Virus record (IMG/VR): IMGVR_UViG_3300021963_000021
Location: 1-64,000 of that record
Length of the DNA: 64,000 nt
Strand: one strand, 5' to 3'
A program made the position numbers and the translations under genes. Below the pieces are notes generated by a model. It ran no database searches, had not been told where the DNA came from, and worked only from the letters and a program-made list of their open reading frames with translations. This document shows, in pieces, positions 16,462 through 26,504 of this stretch; the stretch's first letter is position 1; each line of letters begins with the position of its first letter.

Positions 16462-17277
16462 ATGGAAAGAAAAATTGCCGTAGTCACTACATTCAACGAT
16501 CGTGGGCGTATTCAGTATGCTCAAAAAATGATAAACAGCTTCTGCCAAAATTGGCCTAAAGAAGTAACACTATATCTGTACCCTGAGGACACAAATCCCC
16601 AGGTTCCAGCCCATGATAGAATACGTCTTGTGGATCTTGGTACTGGAGTACCGGACCTAAAAGCATTTAAAGACAAATGGAAAGACGTACCTCATGCCAA
16701 TGGCGACATTTCTGGCGTCCCAAGACTGGCATCTAGAAAAGACAGCCATAAACCATTCAAGTGGGATGCGGTAAGATTCGCACATAAAGTGTATTCTATA
16801 TTTCATTGTGCTAAAAATTGTGATGCTGACGTGTTGATATGGATGGATGCTGATATGGTTTGCCATAGCCCTATTACTTTAGAAAAAATCAACGAAATGA
16901 TTCCAGAAGGTGCTGATCTTTGTTATCTAGGAAGGAAGGGCAAGTTCTCAGAATGTGGCCTGTATTCAATGAATCTACGATCTCCTATGGTAAAAACGTT
17001 TCTACAAGAATTTCAAAGAATGTACGACGACGCAGAGCACGGAATTTTTTATCTTGACGAATGGCACGATAGTTTTGTGTTCGATGCTGTCAGACAAAAA
17101 ATGCCATTTCTACAACAGGTAGATTGGAGCAACGGAATTATCACCGGAGAAGGCCATCCGTTAATTAACAGCAAATGGGGTGCCTATCTTGACCATCTCA
17201 AAGGTGACAGAAAAGCTCAAGGCAAGAGTCATTTGAAAGATTTAAAAGTAAAAAGACAAGAAGCATACTGGCAATGA
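16462..17277 (+). CDS. GT-A fold glycosyltransferase
   Basis: FAHKV, IWMDAD (DxD), WHDS, HLKG; TAAATA 4 nt upstream. Confidence 0.75.
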   Translation: MERKIAVVTTFNDRGRIQYAQKMINSFCQNWPKEVTLYLYPEDTNPQVPAHDRIRLVDLGTGVPDLKAFKDKWKDVPHANGDISGVPRLASRKDSHKPFKWDAVRFAHKVYSIFHCAKNCDADVLIWMDADMVCHSPITLEKINEMIPEGADLCYLGRKGKFSECGLYSMNLRSPMVKTFLQEFQRMYDDAEHGIFYLDEWHDSFVFDAVRQKMPFLQQVDWSNGIITGEGHPLINSKWGAYLDHLKGDRKAQGKSHLKDLKVKRQEAYWQ

Positions 17278-17882
17278 TATTAGATACACAACCAAAAACT
17301 TTTGTAATCGCAATTAAAGGACATCCCATTAGCGAAAAACAACTCCAAGAATGTTTAGATACTGCTAAAGCATACAACTGGAGTGTAGAAGTGTTTTGGG
17401 GTGTAAATGGCAAAACAATTACACCAGAAACTTGGCTTTCGGAAGGTCTAACTCCTAGATTAGATAAACCAACAATGGGCTCGCTTGGTGTACAAGGTTG
17501 CTTTTTGAGTCATTATTCGTTATGGAAACGTTGTGTAGAACTCAACGAACCTATCATCATTTTTGAACACGATGCGTTGATCCAAGGCAACTGGATTCCT
17601 ATAAATTTAGACAACGCTGTGGTAAAATTACATAGATATTACAAGCCAAAAAATCTTAAATTTGATGATGACTCGGGTCTATGGTCTCCATCGGGGCATG
17701 CCTATTGTATTTCTCCAACACACGCAACAATTTTAATTAATTTTGTAAAACAAGTAGGTGCGTTTGAAGTAGATAGGGTGTTAGGTGATAAAGTTATACC
17801 AGTAATACACCTAGGAAAGCCTTCATTAGTCGAAAGACAAGATTCTTATTCAACAACAAATAATTTAGAGGAACACCTATGA
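17274..17882 (+). CDS. glycosyltransferase family 25
   Basis: GCFLSHYSLW, IIIFEHDA, AYCISP. Confidence 0.85.
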   Translation: MILDTQPKTFVIAIKGHPISEKQLQECLDTAKAYNWSVEVFWGVNGKTITPETWLSEGLTPRLDKPTMGSLGVQGCFLSHYSLWKRCVELNEPIIIFEHDALIQGNWIPINLDNAVVKLHRYYKPKNLKFDDDSGLWSPSGHAYCISPTHATILINFVKQVGAFEVDRVLGDKVIPVIHLGKPSLVERQDSYSTTNNLEEHL

Positions 17883-18499
17883 AAGAACCTAGAGTTGAGA
17901 ACAGAGAAGGATGGGTGTGGCCTGTTCAAGATGTAAAATGTTGGGAGTGGTTACAGGCTGAAAAAGATCTTCCTAACTTGATTTCTTCTTACTGTGCTAA
18001 TAAACGTGTAGTCGTACAGGCAGGAGGAAACTGTGGCTTTTATGTTAAACCCTATGCTCAGATGTTTGAGACCGTTTATACATTTGAACCAAATTCATTG
18101 AATTTTTATTGCCTAACTAATAATGTATGGGAAGGAAATGTTGTTAAAATTCAAGCCTGCTTAGGTGATTCTCATAATTCAGTTGGGTTAACTTATAAAA
18201 AAGTAAATTCTGGAGTGAGTAGAGTACACGGCGAAGGGATATTTCCCACTTTCAAGATTGACGACTTAGGTTTATCAAATTGTGACCTAATACATCTGGA
18301 TATCGAAGGCTACGAAATGTTTGCGTTAAAAGGCGGCATAGAAACCATCAAAGAATTCAAGCCAATAATTGCTTTAGAATGGCTAGATCATAATAATCAA
18401 TTTGGCATTAGCGCAGACGACATACTTAATTGGTTAACAGAGTTAGGATACAAAGAAATTGCTTCTTTATACCACGAAAAGGTCTTTTCAGCATCATGA
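17879..18499 (+). CDS. FkbM-family methyltransferase
   Basis: VQAGGNCG, FEP, LDIEGYE, PIIALE. Confidence 0.85.
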   Translation: MKEPRVENREGWVWPVQDVKCWEWLQAEKDLPNLISSYCANKRVVVQAGGNCGFYVKPYAQMFETVYTFEPNSLNFYCLTNNVWEGNVVKIQACLGDSHNSVGLTYKKVNSGVSRVHGEGIFPTFKIDDLGLSNCDLIHLDIEGYEMFALKGGIETIKEFKPIIALEWLDHNNQFGISADDILNWLTELGYKEIASLYHEKVFSAS

Positions 18500-20016
18500 A
18501 ATCATTTATTATTCATTTATCAAAGATACCAGCTTCCTTAAAAACTGCGTTAGATGTTAAACAACAATTAGAGTCGTTTGGTATGGAAGCCGAACTGTTC
18601 GAAGGGTCGTACGGCAACGAAGTAAAAGAAAGATATGCCAGGGAAGGTCGTCGATATCATCCTTGGAATTTTAAAAATGGTCCTGAAAATCCGTTTCCTG
18701 AAGAATTTCGTGACAGCCAACAAAACCCAGGAGAAATGGGCTGCTTTGACAGCCATTATCGCTTGTGGGAAAAATGTGTAGAACTCAACGAGCCTATTTT
18801 AATTTTTGAAGATGACGTAATTTTTGAAAGACCATACCTTCCTGTAACATTTAATGAAGTATTGATTACAGTTTTTGGAAATTTAACCAAGTCAGCAAAA
18901 TATTTTCACTATTATACATCGCCGACTGGAGATCCTCGGGCTGAGTGGTACGGCCAGGCATCTATGCCAGGTACTCCGGGATATGCTATCAAACCATCGG
19001 CTGCTAAAAAACTTGTAGAAATGTATAAAAACACTTGGTTGCCATCAGACAATGCTATGATGATAAACATTGTAGGTATACAAGTACATAGTCATGTCAT
19101 GGGCAGAGCATTGATAGCCGAAGATGGCAAAAAATCATTGGTTCGAGGAAAAAATAATTTTTGGGGAAAGCAGGAAATGAAAAAGAAGGTGTTAATCACA
19201 GGTAACTCCGGATATATTGGCTCACATCTTACACAACTGTTAGTAAAAGATTCAAACATTGAGATACATGGACTAGATAAGAACGACCCGATAAAACCTG
19301 TTTCAAAATTTTTCCATAGAGACATTACACACGATACTGAATGGTATATTGAACACGAGTACGACTGTGTTATACATCTCGCAGCAGAAGTAGCTGTAGG
19401 AAGAAGTGTAGAAACACCAACATTGTATTATCAAACCAATACAATTGGTACACTCAATGTTCTTAAGAAAATAAAAACCAAGAGATTAGTGATAGCATCG
19501 ACAGGTGCTGCTGCGGGTATGGGAAGTCCTTACGGAATCAGCAAACGAGCTATGGAAGATATTGTTTTTGAATATTGTAAAACTCATAATATTCCATTTA
19601 CAATTTTTAGATTTTACAATGTTACCGGTAGCGACGGAATAGAACCAACTAATCCAGATGGGCTGTTTGCTAGCTTAATCGCTGCTACTAAGACTGGCAA
19701 TTTTACAATCTTTGGTAATGATTATAACACAGAAGACGGCACATGTATCAGAGATTATACACATGTCAATGAAATATGCCATTCAGTAGTCGAAGCAATA
19801 GATAAGTCAACTAATCAAATAGAAAATCTAGGGCACGGTGTTGGCACTAGTGTAACACAGATGGTAGATATCTTTAAAAGAGTGAACGGTGCTGATTTTA
19901 ATGTTACTATAGGATCTCGTAGAGAAGGTGATCTTGAAAGAAGCGTACTAACTAATCCTTCACCTTTTATGAAAAAACTTTATCCTATTGAAGATCTATT
20001 AACAATGAAAAAATAA
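18496..20016 (+). CDS. GT25 glycosyltransferase fused to NAD-dependent epimerase (GalE-like)
   Basis: N-terminal GCFDSHY/FEDD; C-terminal ITGNSGYIG, YGISK, FRFYNV, DGTCIRDY; ATGA overlap at 18496. Confidence 0.85.
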   Translation: MKSFIIHLSKIPASLKTALDVKQQLESFGMEAELFEGSYGNEVKERYAREGRRYHPWNFKNGPENPFPEEFRDSQQNPGEMGCFDSHYRLWEKCVELNEPILIFEDDVIFERPYLPVTFNEVLITVFGNLTKSAKYFHYYTSPTGDPRAEWYGQASMPGTPGYAIKPSAAKKLVEMYKNTWLPSDNAMMINIVGIQVHSHVMGRALIAEDGKKSLVRGKNNFWGKQEMKKKVLITGNSGYIGSHLTQLLVKDSNIEIHGLDKNDPIKPVSKFFHRDITHDTEWYIEHEYDCVIHLAAEVAVGRSVETPTLYYQTNTIGTLNVLKKIKTKRLVIASTGAAAGMGSPYGISKRAMEDIVFEYCKTHNIPFTIFRFYNVTGSDGIEPTNPDGLFASLIAATKTGNFTIFGNDYNTEDGTCIRDYTHVNEICHSVVEAIDKSTNQIENLGHGVGTSVTQMVDIFKRVNGADFNVTIGSRREGDLERSVLTNPSPFMKKLYPIEDLLTMKK

Positions 20017-20018
20017 TT

Positions 20019-20651
20019 ATGTCAGATAATTTAGAAGAAATATGGTCAAAGTCAATGGCCGAAAACAGTCAGCTAGGATTGGAATCTATTAGCGGTGTTG
20101 GCTCAACATTAAGATACACTGAAAATCTAAGAAAAGAATTGCCACATCTGATTGAAAAATTTTCTATTAAATCTATATTCGACGCACCGTGCGGTGATAT
20201 GAATTGGATGAATGTGTTTTTAAATGAGCACCCTATAAAATATATCGGCGGCGACATAGTTAATCAAGTAGTAGATAGTAATCAACAGTACACTAATAAT
20301 CTTACTAAAGTAGTGAAATTAGACATTACAACTGACCCGTTTCCTTCGGCAGATTTATGGATTTGTAGAGACTGCTGGTTTCATTTGCCAGATGAAAAGA
20401 TATTTTTATCTATTGATAATTTTTTAAAATCAGATATTAAATTTTTGTTGACTACTACACATATCAACACTGGATTTAATAATTCCGATTTAGCTACTGT
20501 TGGATTTAAATTAATAGATCTTTTTTCTTCTCCATATAATTTTCCAAAACCTTTATACAAAATTACAGACTACTACGGAAAAAAATTACCTAGAGAAATG
20601 GTGTTGTTTAGCAAAGAACAATTAGTAGCATGGAAAAAATCCCAAGAATAA
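20019..20651 (+). CDS. class I SAM-dependent methyltransferase
   Basis: SGVGS, FDAPCGD, YIGGDIV, CRDCWFHL. Confidence 0.8.
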   Translation: MSDNLEEIWSKSMAENSQLGLESISGVGSTLRYTENLRKELPHLIEKFSIKSIFDAPCGDMNWMNVFLNEHPIKYIGGDIVNQVVDSNQQYTNNLTKVVKLDITTDPFPSADLWICRDCWFHLPDEKIFLSIDNFLKSDIKFLLTTTHINTGFNNSDLATVGFKLIDLFSSPYNFPKPLYKITDYYGKKLPREMVLFSKEQLVAWKKSQE

Positions 20652-21304
20652 TTTATTGTTTTTGGTTCGGGCCAGAAATGTCTGCTGATCGAGCTAGGTG
20701 CTTTCAAAGCATTACACAACACTCTAAAGTTGATGTAAAATTAATAACTGAGAACAATCTTAAAAATTATCTAACAACACCAATACACGACGGTTTCAAA
20801 TATCTAAGCTCAACTCATAAATCAGATTATCTCAGATCCTATTTCATGTATCATTATGGTGGAGGATACACTGATATTAAACAGTGCGATTTTGACTGGA
20901 ATCCTTATTTTGATTGTTTAGAAAACAGCGATAAGTCGTTTATCGGATGTCCGCAGTACAGCCCGAAACATATTGCTTATCGACCCTACAAAGAGTTTTA
21001 TAATGATCTTATTGGGTGTACTAATTTTATTTTTAAAAAACAATCAAAGTTTGGAAAACTTTGGTATGATCAAACAAATTATGTAATGGATTTAAAACTA
21101 GCTGCGTTAAAAAATAATCCAGGGACATATCATCATCGAGCGATTTTAGGTGGAGTACAAGGTATACCTGATATTTTTAATGAATCAAAATATCCGCTGA
21201 CTTGGAATGAATTACTGGGACAAATTTTTCATAAACTTCAATACGAAAATCGTGAAGATTATATGATTGGAACACCGTTCCCAAATATAGAAAATTATCG
21301 CTGA
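20630..21304 (+). CDS. GT32/capsular polysaccharide synthesis-like glycosyltransferase
   Basis: IPRIIYCFW, SDYLR, YGGGYTDI. Confidence 0.8.
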   Translation: MEKIPRIIYCFWFGPEMSADRARCFQSITQHSKVDVKLITENNLKNYLTTPIHDGFKYLSSTHKSDYLRSYFMYHYGGGYTDIKQCDFDWNPYFDCLENSDKSFIGCPQYSPKHIAYRPYKEFYNDLIGCTNFIFKKQSKFGKLWYDQTNYVMDLKLAALKNNPGTYHHRAILGGVQGIPDIFNESKYPLTWNELLGQIFHKLQYENREDYMIGTPFPNIENYR

Positions 21305-22236
21305 ATAAATTTTTTCATATGATCCCAGCATTCGCCGGATCTTAATTCGTCAAACTTCCAGTGTGACATTGCTAGTCGCTCAACCCAGGCCTGTCTATCT
21401 GGCATCCACGGATTTTCCATCTTAGAAAGATCTGTATTGGCAATATCTCTACATTGACTGTTTGTCGGATCAGTAACAAACACCGGATATCCTTCTATAG
21501 CTGCTCCGACCACTGGACTAGAATTATGATTCACCGCAGCCCAACAGTTTTTTAAATCGTCTAATAGGTTTTCATTGTGACTCAATGTAACACCGTAGTC
21601 AAATTTAATTTTACACAAGGGACCGCCGGCTTTAACAATTCGTTTAGTTTCTTTATCTCCTGGGTGTAGTCTAATTACTATAGGTCTACTACTGTATTTT
21701 CTAATCTCTTTGATAGTATTCACAGCCCAGTCTTGATTATTTAGACCTCTCATAGACCATCCGCCATTTCTCTGTAAGCATAGTAATATATGGCTTCCGG
21801 TTTCTCTGTAGTCTTTGAGTTGTAGGTTTAAATCTTTGCTGATCGACTTCCACCGTTCTGGATTTACTTCAGTATCGCAGTAAATGCCCGTGTTAGGAAA
21901 AATTCCATTAAAACTGTATCTAAGATAATGATAAGGATTAGTTGTGTCTGCGTAAAGGAATAGATTACTGTCTACACCTACAACATATCTTGAATGCTCT
22001 AGTTGATTTTTTATAACTCTGGCTCTTAGATCACCGTGAGGGCTTGTTGGCTGTCCGTCAGCGACCCACCCTTGTATAACCGCAACATCAGCAGCAGAAT
22101 AGACCGAGTAGTTGTTAATATCAAATACTGTTTCGCCTTTAGCTCTGGCACCTTGGGCAAATAATCTCAAGATATCCATTTTTTCTTGATTCTTATTGTT
22201 AGGCACTGACTTGTGATATACTGCTAAAAGTGTCAT
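21295..22236 (-). CDS. GT-B-like capsule biosynthesis protein (KpsS-like)
   Basis: ILLCLQ, IRLHP, NSSPVVGAAIEGYPV. Confidence 0.65.
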   Translation of the reverse strand: MTLLAVYHKSVPNNKNQEKMDILRLFAQGARAKGETVFDINNYSVYSAADVAVIQGWVADGQPTSPHGDLRARVIKNQLEHSRYVVGVDSNLFLYADTTNPYHYLRYSFNGIFPNTGIYCDTEVNPERWKSISKDLNLQLKDYRETGSHILLCLQRNGGWSMRGLNNQDWAVNTIKEIRKYSSRPIVIRLHPGDKETKRIVKAGGPLCKIKFDYGVTLSHNENLLDDLKNCWAAVNHNSSPVVGAAIEGYPVFVTDPTNSQCRDIANTDLSKMENPWMPDRQAWVERLAMSHWKFDELRSGECWDHMKKFIQR

Positions 22237-23024
22237 TGTGTTAACATCCTTAACGCTGTTCCGTTATTCATTTCTGTGACATGAAACTGTCCGTATGCCA
22301 AGTGGCATCCCCATGCGTATAATTTATCCTGCGATGGATAGTAAGGTTCGTTTATACTAGATAGGTCTTGACTTGCCACAGGCATGGCAGCATTAGCAGG
22401 TGCTAGCGTAAAGGCTGGAATTCCATGAAAAATACTTTCGATAGCAGCTACGCTATTATATGTAACTAGAGCAAACACATCGTCATCTAATGCCTGCTGT
22501 AGTGTATTATGTGATATTCTATCTATTCTTTGTTTTGCTCGTTCTCTTACGACTATCGGTCTGTCAGTGTATTGTTTTATAGTGTCTATGGTGTTTTGTA
22601 CCCATGTTTCTTTGTCTACACCATAAAATTTACAGGGTTTTTCATCTGGCGCTGCTATAAGAATCTTCCTACCAGACTTTTTCCAAGGATTAAATGTTTT
22701 ATTAAATTGCTTGAATCTGTCGTCTGGCCTTGGAATTATATCTGTATGCTGTAGATTGTTTTTAACTATGCGATGCCAATATTTCCATCCGTTGGGATTC
22801 TTATTAGTTTTTTCGTTACCAAAATATCCAGTGTCAACATAGTAAAAATCTCTGTTGTCGTCCCAACACTGTTTCATTAATTTATATTTGAGTATTCCTC
22901 TAATGACTATCGGATCAGTGCTGTCTTCGTAAGTAAAATTACTAGAGTTCATAGGCTGAAACCCAGAACCTCGAGCAAAATTATTAATGTATTCGTCTTG
23001 GCCGTTCTTACTTAAAAATATCAT
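22233..23024 (-). CDS. GT-B-like capsule biosynthesis protein (paralogous fold)
   Basis: DTGYF, RPIVVR, YNSVAAIESIFHGIP. Confidence 0.65.
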   Translation of the reverse strand: MIFLSKNGQDEYINNFARGSGFQPMNSSNFTYEDSTDPIVIRGILKYKLMKQCWDDNRDFYYVDTGYFGNEKTNKNPNGWKYWHRIVKNNLQHTDIIPRPDDRFKQFNKTFNPWKKSGRKILIAAPDEKPCKFYGVDKETWVQNTIDTIKQYTDRPIVVRERAKQRIDRISHNTLQQALDDDVFALVTYNSVAAIESIFHGIPAFTLAPANAAMPVASQDLSSINEPYYPSQDKLYAWGCHLAYGQFHVTEMNNGTALRMLTQ

Positions 23025-23700
23025 GTTGTTGACAGTATTCTGTAAGTATTCGCTCTCTGTGCCATTCGTCTCCCATTGGAGTACCTGCGTATTGATAAAA
23101 ACTAGGTGTACCTAGTGTGTAGTGTAGTAGTTTCGCATCAGGATTTGGACCGTATTCATCGGGCAACCAATTCCATTCTTTAGGAAGTTCTCCTATGCGT
23201 TTGTCATCCAGCCATGAAAATCTATGTAATACAGAACCTGGAGAGTTTTGTACAAACTCAGGTGTTAATTTACGATTAGGGAAACTAGCACAATTCCACA
23301 TTATCACACTAGACCAATTTTTTCTAGGATAGTCTTCGTTTTTACTTCCTAGATATTTTTCTTTTGCTTTGGTTTTATAGTCATGCTTTACGACCATAAC
23401 GTCTTTGTCGATTTGTTTTGATTCCCACAGCTCATTGATGTCGCCGCGTAGAATCATGTCACCGTCAATGAATATTGCCCAGCCTTGCCAACGCATTAGA
23501 TAAGGCACAAGAAATCTACTATAAATGAATGAGTTGCTGCCGTCAGTATGTGTTTCTGTATAGTCTTTAAACAGGTTAAGTGATACAGGAATAATAGCTA
23601 CAGGTTTGGAAGAATGCCTAATAATACTGTTAACACAGGTATGATAAGCAATAGCTTCTCTTGGATCATATCCAATGAATACCGGTATGATGTCTGTCAT
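23008..23700 (-). CDS. glycosyltransferase family 8-like
   Basis: FIGYD, SRFLVP, FIDGD, RKNWSS, EWNWL, LHYTLG. Confidence 0.85.
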   Translation of the reverse strand: MTDIIPVFIGYDPREAIAYHTCVNSIIRHSSKPVAIIPVSLNLFKDYTETHTDGSNSFIYSRFLVPYLMRWQGWAIFIDGDMILRGDINELWESKQIDKDVMVVKHDYKTKAKEKYLGSKNEDYPRKNWSSVIMWNCASFPNRKLTPEFVQNSPGSVLHRFSWLDDKRIGELPKEWNWLPDEYGPNPDAKLLHYTLGTPSFYQYAGTPMGDEWHRERILTEYCQQHDIFK

Positions 23701-24458
23701 TTTCTTTCTATGTCCTCTTCTTCGCAGCGTTCACCGTATTGTATTTCGACAATTTTACACGGTGTGTCATAGGGGTTGTGTACTCTATGCCAGTCGCCTA
23801 CTGGAATTGATATTTGTTGATGTGTTGTCAGTTCTTTGCTAGGTAACGCATAACCGCTTGGCATCTGTTGCTCGACTACACATTTACCATCAGCTACATG
23901 CCAAAACTCGTGTCTTAGACTATGCCGTTGAAGGCTGATACCTTTTCCGGGTTCAATGGTTAGCTCTTTTACTTTACACCCTGGGATCTCATGTAGTACA
24001 CGATAGTAGCCCCAGGAGCGGTGTGTCTTAGGTGCTTTCCACTCCTGTAGGATCCAACTGCTTGAGTTAGACTTATCAAACCCGCCAACTCCGAACACGA
24101 ACGATAAATGTTCGTCTTTGAAATCCATTTCTGGAATATCAAGGTGTGTTCTATCTCCACCGTTGGCAAAAACAATTTTATGATCTGGCCAAGTCTGTCT
24201 AGCTAGCTTAATAGCGTGTTTAGCACTACCGTCATCGTCATTGAATTCTAAAACAAAATCTACATCTTTTATATTTTTAATAATATTCAATCGCTCAGTG
24301 AGCGGCATAAATGGCGCACCCTTTTTGCGTGTTAGCCACGCATCAGAATTTACGCCCACAACCAGTACATCGCCTAGTTGTTTTGCTGCTTTGATATAAG
24401 AAAGATGTCCGGAATGAAGCGGATCGAAACCGCCGGTTATTAGCACGAGTGTTTTCAT
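23697..24458 (-). CDS. cytidylyltransferase-like nucleotidyltransferase fused to mannose-6-phosphate-isomerase cupin
   Basis: GGFDPLHSGH (HIGH), NGGDR, SSS; C-terminal RSWG, SLQRH, EIQYG...EEDIER. Confidence 0.88.
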   Translation of the reverse strand: MKTLVLITGGFDPLHSGHLSYIKAAKQLGDVLVVGVNSDAWLTRKKGAPFMPLTERLNIIKNIKDVDFVLEFNDDDGSAKHAIKLARQTWPDHKIVFANGGDRTHLDIPEMDFKDEHLSFVFGVGGFDKSNSSSWILQEWKAPKTHRSWGYYRVLHEIPGCKVKELTIEPGKGISLQRHSLRHEFWHVADGKCVVEQQMPSGYALPSKELTTHQQISIPVGDWHRVHNPYDTPCKIVEIQYGERCEEEDIERK

Positions 24459-24496
24459 GCTAATATTTATATGTGTATATTATAGGGGAATGATAC

Positions 24497-24952
24497 TTAG
24501 AGTGTAGCATCTTCCATGCCAGCTACTCGCAATTTAACTATATTTGTTAGTTGCCATTGTTTCTGGTCAAGAGCTTTGACAATGCCCAACCATTTGTTAC
24601 GTAGTAGGGCAAATTCATTGATAATTTTTTCAAAGTCAACTACATCTGCTTCGCCATCTACAAACTTTTCACAGTCTCTAGATGACAAAGCACGTTGGTA
24701 GTTTTCTAAGTATTTTCTAAAATGCTGACTCTTTAATCGACGAAGTTCAATGTTTAGATATTCAAGAATCGCTTCAATCTCTTGTAATTGATTAAAGCGA
24801 TGCTCAACGATACCGGGCATATTTGCCGAGGCACGTTCAACATTTCCATGGATTTTACATTCCATTTTCGCTGCTTGTAATTCTGCTTCGTAGTATACAG
24901 CAGCATCAGGGATGTTGCTAATATCCTTGGAAATCTTATCGTACCAGTTCAT
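24497..24952 (-). CDS. uvsY: UvsY-like recombination mediator
   Basis: Coiled-coil 151 aa downstream of recA; T4-like gene order. Confidence 0.7.
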   Translation of the reverse strand: MNWYDKISKDISNIPDAAVYYEAELQAAKMECKIHGNVERASANMPGIVEHRFNQLQEIEAILEYLNIELRRLKSQHFRKYLENYQRALSSRDCEKFVDGEADVVDFEKIINEFALLRNKWLGIVKALDQKQWQLTNIVKLRVAGMEDATL

Positions 24953-25191
24953 TAGTCCTCGTCATCATAACGATCATCATCAGTCTCGTCGCTATATGTT
25001 TCGCCATCAAGTGCGTAATCAATAGCATTGTCGAGATAGGGATCAATACCTAAAAGATTGTCGAGCGTTGATTCTTTAATTCCATAGTCTAACAGAGTAT
25101 TAACAAAGTCTGCTGCTACATCCTTTTTGAATTTTTCTGGAATGTGTTCGCTCATCACGTTCCAAATATCGGCAATCAAATCTTCTTTCAT
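24952..25191 (-). CDS. acidic hypothetical protein
   Basis: 79-aa coupled ORF. Confidence 0.7.
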   Translation of the reverse strand: MKEDLIADIWNVMSEHIPEKFKKDVAADFVNTLLDYGIKESTLDNLLGIDPYLDNAIDYALDGETYSDETDDDRYDDED

Positions 25192-26255
25192 TCAGTTGGC
25201 TCCATTTCGGCTTGAGTAGTTACCTCTGCTTGCGCTACTAGTTCGGGCTTCTTGGCGATATCGTTCATGACCATGTCTAGTTTTTCTCCAGTCCATGCCT
25301 TACGATATTCAAGATGTACTACACCATCGAGGTCAACATATTTAAGTCGATTGCCTTCTTTTTTCAAGATACCTTTTGCTTCAAACAGATCAACAAGACC
25401 GCTGTATGGATTCATACCTGTCTCATAAGGAATCTTAACCTGTACACTTTCAAAAGGTTTGGCATAACGTGTCTTCATGATCTTACATGCGGCACGAATA
25501 CCTAATACTTCACTGACCTTGTTGCCATCTTCGTCTTCTTTGAGTTTAAGTTTCTTCATAGCAACAACGATACTTGAAGCGTAGATAAACCCTTGACCAC
25601 CTGAGATCTTGTCATCTGGATCAAACATATCTTGTGAAGCGTATGTGTGATTAGTTGCTACTAGACCAATGTTCAGTGACCCAAACATATTAACACAGTT
25701 ACGAACAAGTGCTGTCAGTGCTTTAGGCTTACGGCCCATATCACCTTTTAGATCACCTGCTTCAAACTGATTTACGTCTGTGGGTGTTAGCAACATACCT
25801 AATGAGTCGAGTACAAACAAGACCTTAGGACGAGTTTCTTCTGGCATTGTTTTATATTCAGCGACAAATTCTGTAATAGTTTTTGCCACGTCGTCAATCA
25901 TAGCCATGTTAAGTTTTAACAACTTATCTTCTGCTGTATCGACACCTAGAGCCTTAAGCCAATCTTCGTCAAGTGCGTTTTCGCTGTCGATTAGGATCGG
26001 ATAAATGCCCTGTGCCTGTGCTGCCTTGATAAGGTTGCCAGAACAAATATATGATTTGCCTGCGCCTGATTCACCAGCGAATACAGTAACTTTACCTAGC
26101 GGAACTCCACGATTGAAATCTCCACTGATAAGATAATTTAAGGCATAGTTGCCTGTTGAGATCCAATCTGTTGGATCGTTAAAGCCAATGCTAAGACCTT
26201 CAATGCTCTTAGTGATCGACTTTCTAAATTTAGAAATATCAAATGCTTTAGTCAT
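25188..26255 (-). CDS. uvsX: RecA/UvsX recombinase
   Basis: GESGAGKS, IDSE, LDSLG, TNHTY, SGG, KTR; start at the TAATG overlap. Confidence 0.92.
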   Translation of the reverse strand: MTKAFDISKFRKSITKSIEGLSIGFNDPTDWISTGNYALNYLISGDFNRGVPLGKVTVFAGESGAGKSYICSGNLIKAAQAQGIYPILIDSENALDEDWLKALGVDTAEDKLLKLNMAMIDDVAKTITEFVAEYKTMPEETRPKVLFVLDSLGMLLTPTDVNQFEAGDLKGDMGRKPKALTALVRNCVNMFGSLNIGLVATNHTYASQDMFDPDDKISGGQGFIYASSIVVAMKKLKLKEDEDGNKVSEVLGIRAACKIMKTRYAKPFESVQVKIPYETGMNPYSGLVDLFEAKGILKKEGNRLKYVDLDGVVHLEYRKAWTGEKLDMVMNDIAKKPELVAQAEVTTQAEMEPTE

Positions 26256-26446
26256 TATTGATCCAACTCCATTGAATTCCATTCTTTGATTACTGCGATA
26301 ACCTCGTCTTCGGTACTACACATAGTCTTTGTGGTTTTCCATTCTTCTTTTTTATCGCGGCCACCAATTTCAACCATCCAACCATTGTCGTAACGGTTAA
26401 GAGTAATTGATTCGTTTACCTTTGCCAGTTTGTTTAATTTTGCCAT
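26255..26446 (-). CDS. hypothetical protein
   Basis: AAGGAG RBS before ATG 26446. Confidence 0.75.
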   Translation of the reverse strand: MAKLNKLAKVNESITLNRYDNGWMVEIGGRDKKEEWKTTKTMCSTEDEVIAVIKEWNSMELDQ

Positions 26447-26465
26447 TCTGATCTCCTTTAGTGAC

Positions 26466-26495
26466 AAGAGAGTACGGGCTCACGCCCGCACTCTT
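26466..26495 (-). terminator. stem-loop after gp32 (terminator/stabiliser)
   Basis: GAGTGCGGGC-GTGA-GCCCGTACTC with GNRA loop, short U tract. Confidence 0.65.
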
Positions 26496-26504
26496 ATTTT
26501 ATTG

